Source of the DNA: Tubulanus polymorphus | Lineage: Eukaryota; Animalia; Nemertea | Direction: 5' to 3' | DNA length: 64,000 bases | NCBI RefSeq assembly: GCF_964204645.1 | Contig: NC_134028.1 | Span: forward strand, 10,416,001-10,480,000 | Part shown: positions 61,508-64,000 of the stretch, in pieces | How positions within the stretch are numbered: the stretch's first letter is position 1 | How the letters are laid out: every line of letters begins with the position of its first letter | The notes under the pieces: generated by a model | Told to the model about the DNA's origin: nothing | Seen by the model: only the letters and a program-made list of their open reading frames with translations | Databases searched by the model: none | Program-made: the position numbers and the translations under genes

Positions 61508-62880
61508 TTTAGCCCACTTGGGACTTTAGTCCCAGCAGGCTATTGCGTTCACTTGTCGTCCGTTCGCACGTCCGGTCATCCGTAGACGGAATCCAGTTAT
61601 TTTGGGAAGTTTTGAAGACGCTTCAATGTAATGTCTTGATATTTGGGTTACACATGTATCTACCCTAGCCACATCTTCAGCCCAAAAACTGGCCCTGTCA
61701 GAATCAAGATGGCCGACTGGCAGCCATTGTTGTTCGCCAAAATCAGCACTTTTTACACACTTTTGAAGTTTTTGAGGGGAATTTTGAAGACGCTTTGATT
61801 AATTACCTTGATCTTTTGTGTATATTTGAATCCCCCAAGGGCCCATCAGCATAAGAAAAATTGGGTCGATCGGACTCAAGATGGTCATCATATGACCTTT
61901 TTAGTGCCCAAAAATGTCAATTTTGGCCGGAATTCTGGGTCCTGTAGCTTCCTATTGGTTTGCCATTTCTCATTGCAATTTGTGATGGGTATTCTTTCGA
62001 AAGGGATGTTTTATACCTTTTATACCTGATTTTTGATCAGCCAATTATGACGCAATTAGTGGACATCTTGGTGTCATCTGTACTCATTGGTAGATGGGAA
62101 AAGGTTTTTCCTCATTATATTAATACTTAAGCATATTGTGTTACTACAATCAATTGGAAAGTTGTAGCCCATCACGTGTTCTATGATTTTGGTGAGTTTC
62201 AAGGTCATTGGTTTTTGTAGATGGCCACCAAGGGGCGTTTAATAATACAATAACTTAGTATTTCTATATTATATTTGTACCTATGCATATTTTGTTACCA
62301 CAATCAATTGCAAAGTTGTAGCTATAACATCGTCTATGAATGTGGTGAGTTTTAAGGACATTAGTTATTCTATATGGTCACCAGGGGGTGTTGAATAGTA
62401 GAATAACTTAGTATTTCCTTATTAGATTGGTACCTAGGCATATTTTGTTAACATGATCAATTGCAACGTTGTAGTTCATGACATGTTCTATAATTGTGGT
62501 GAGTTTCAAGGTCATTGGGTTTTGCATAAGGTCACCAGGGGGCGTTGAATAGTGGAATAACTTAGTATTTCCATATTAAATTGGTAACGAGGCATATTTT
62601 GTTCTCGTAATCGATTACAAAATCGTAGCTGCTGGCATGTTCTATGATTGTGGTGAGTTTCAAGGTCATTGGTTTTTGAATATGGTCACCAGGGGGTGTT
62701 GAATATTGAAATAGTTAGATTGTTTAGCATTTGAAACCACTTCTTAAGTGGGCATGATATCCCTAGGCCCTAGTTGTATATGGTCACCAGGGGGCATTGA
62801 ATATTGAAATTGTTAGAATGTTGAGCATTTGAAACCACTTCGGGGGCATGCTGTCCCTGGACCCCTAGTTTCAACTGTGT
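61508..62880 (+). mobile_element. Helentron/HINE-like element with ~154-bp repeats, inverted copy of 1-1744
   Basis: Starts TTTAGCCCACTTGGGACTTTAGTCCCAGCAGGCTA; collinear reverse complement of the window-start element. Confidence 0.75.
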
Positions 62881-63234
62881 TTTGCCCTTGTCATCCCCTA
62901 GCGTTGGTATAACCCCATCCGATTATAGAAGCTTTCCACCAACCCACCAACGATAAGGCAAATAACTAATGTAGAATTATTATCTGATACATGAAATAGA
63001 CATGAATACGCGTTATAGGCCTCACTTTGATTACGGGAAGTGTGTATCAGTTTTCACGTCTGTCAATTACAATGCAATGAAAATATGTCGCTTCAAATAT
63101 TCAGTAGGGGCCTTAGCATTTTCTCAGATTATACACACTCACCTTTTCCAAGATATGCCAATAACAACAATGTGTATAGATCATTTTCAAATAGCGATTG
63201 GTTCCGTCAAAAACATCTCATATATAAACCAGAG

Positions 63235-64000
63235 CCAAAAACAAATGAAGCGTCAGTCAATTTCGATCGTCGCGTCATCTTGGTTTAATCGTGTACTGTG
63301 GGGTTGTTGTCGCTACATGGCAGCACAATACGGCTTAATCAAACCTCTGCGGAGCCGTTACGTTTTTGTTTTTTAGCGTTGAATCTCAAAATAATTTTTT
63401 TTTTCGCGATGTTTTCTTTTTGTGTTTATTTTCTATTGACATTTATCTAGAATTTTCCATTTAACGCTATGCCTCTAAATGAAATTGAAACGAACATTCG
63501 TTTGATTTGCTGGAATTTCCTATTTTTTTGGGTATTGCCCGCTGCCCGGCCCGCTACGGTGATTTTCGATTTCATACAAAAAAAACCGCGACCACACGAA
63601 ATCTCAACTCTGTGATCGATCATTTCTCAAGGAAACTATTTATGAAAAAATGAAATCGCAAGATGTGTGAATATTATAGCGGAATGACAAAAGGCTTCGT
63701 TCGCGAGCTTATCGAGAAAATAGGGAAGCCATCATGTGTTTGGGCGGGTAGACGATCATTTTTGAAATGACAGGCTACATGTTGCATATCACAGTGTACC
63801 GGGAAGATGTTTCATATTAAACTTTCCGCCTAGGATCGCAAATTATTTCGGGATTCGACCCTAAACATCAAAATGTAAAAGCTCCACAGAGGTTCGATAA
63901 AGCCGTAATGTGCTGCCACGTAGCGGCACAACCCCACAGTACACGATTAAACCAAGATGACGCGAAGATCAAAATCGACTGACGCTTCTTTTGTTTTTGG
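63235..64000. repeat. Fold-back/MITE-like element running off the window end
   Basis: 63235-63356 is the reverse complement of 63881-64000. Confidence 0.75.

Overview
Eukaryotic (animal, probably invertebrate) repeat-dense window with no recognisable host gene. The centrepiece is a full-length 17.9-kb Polinton/Maverick-type endogenous virus (copy A, 20168-38108, perfect 6-bp TSD TCTGTG). It encodes pPolB, penton, double-jelly-roll MCP, A32-like ATPase, integrase-chromodomain, an HNH-like nuclease and a block of membrane proteins, with no visible maturation protease. Copy A is inserted in a LINE, which itself sits inside an older, differently arranged copy of the same family (copy B). Unusual points: each TIR starts with a ~409-bp fold-back hairpin; 14 of 16 genes start at a poxvirus-late-like TAAATG; copies A and B look like inversion isomers of an ~11.7-kb internal segment. 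Also present: a complete DIRS1-like tyrosine-recombinase retrotransposon with ITRs and ICR, two Gypsy remnants, a SAP-SWIM-YqaJ transposon gene, a Sola-like transposase remnant, two Helentron/HINE-like elements with CTCF-like tandem motifs, and several MITE/fold-back elements. All family calls come from motif recognition by eye; no searches were run.
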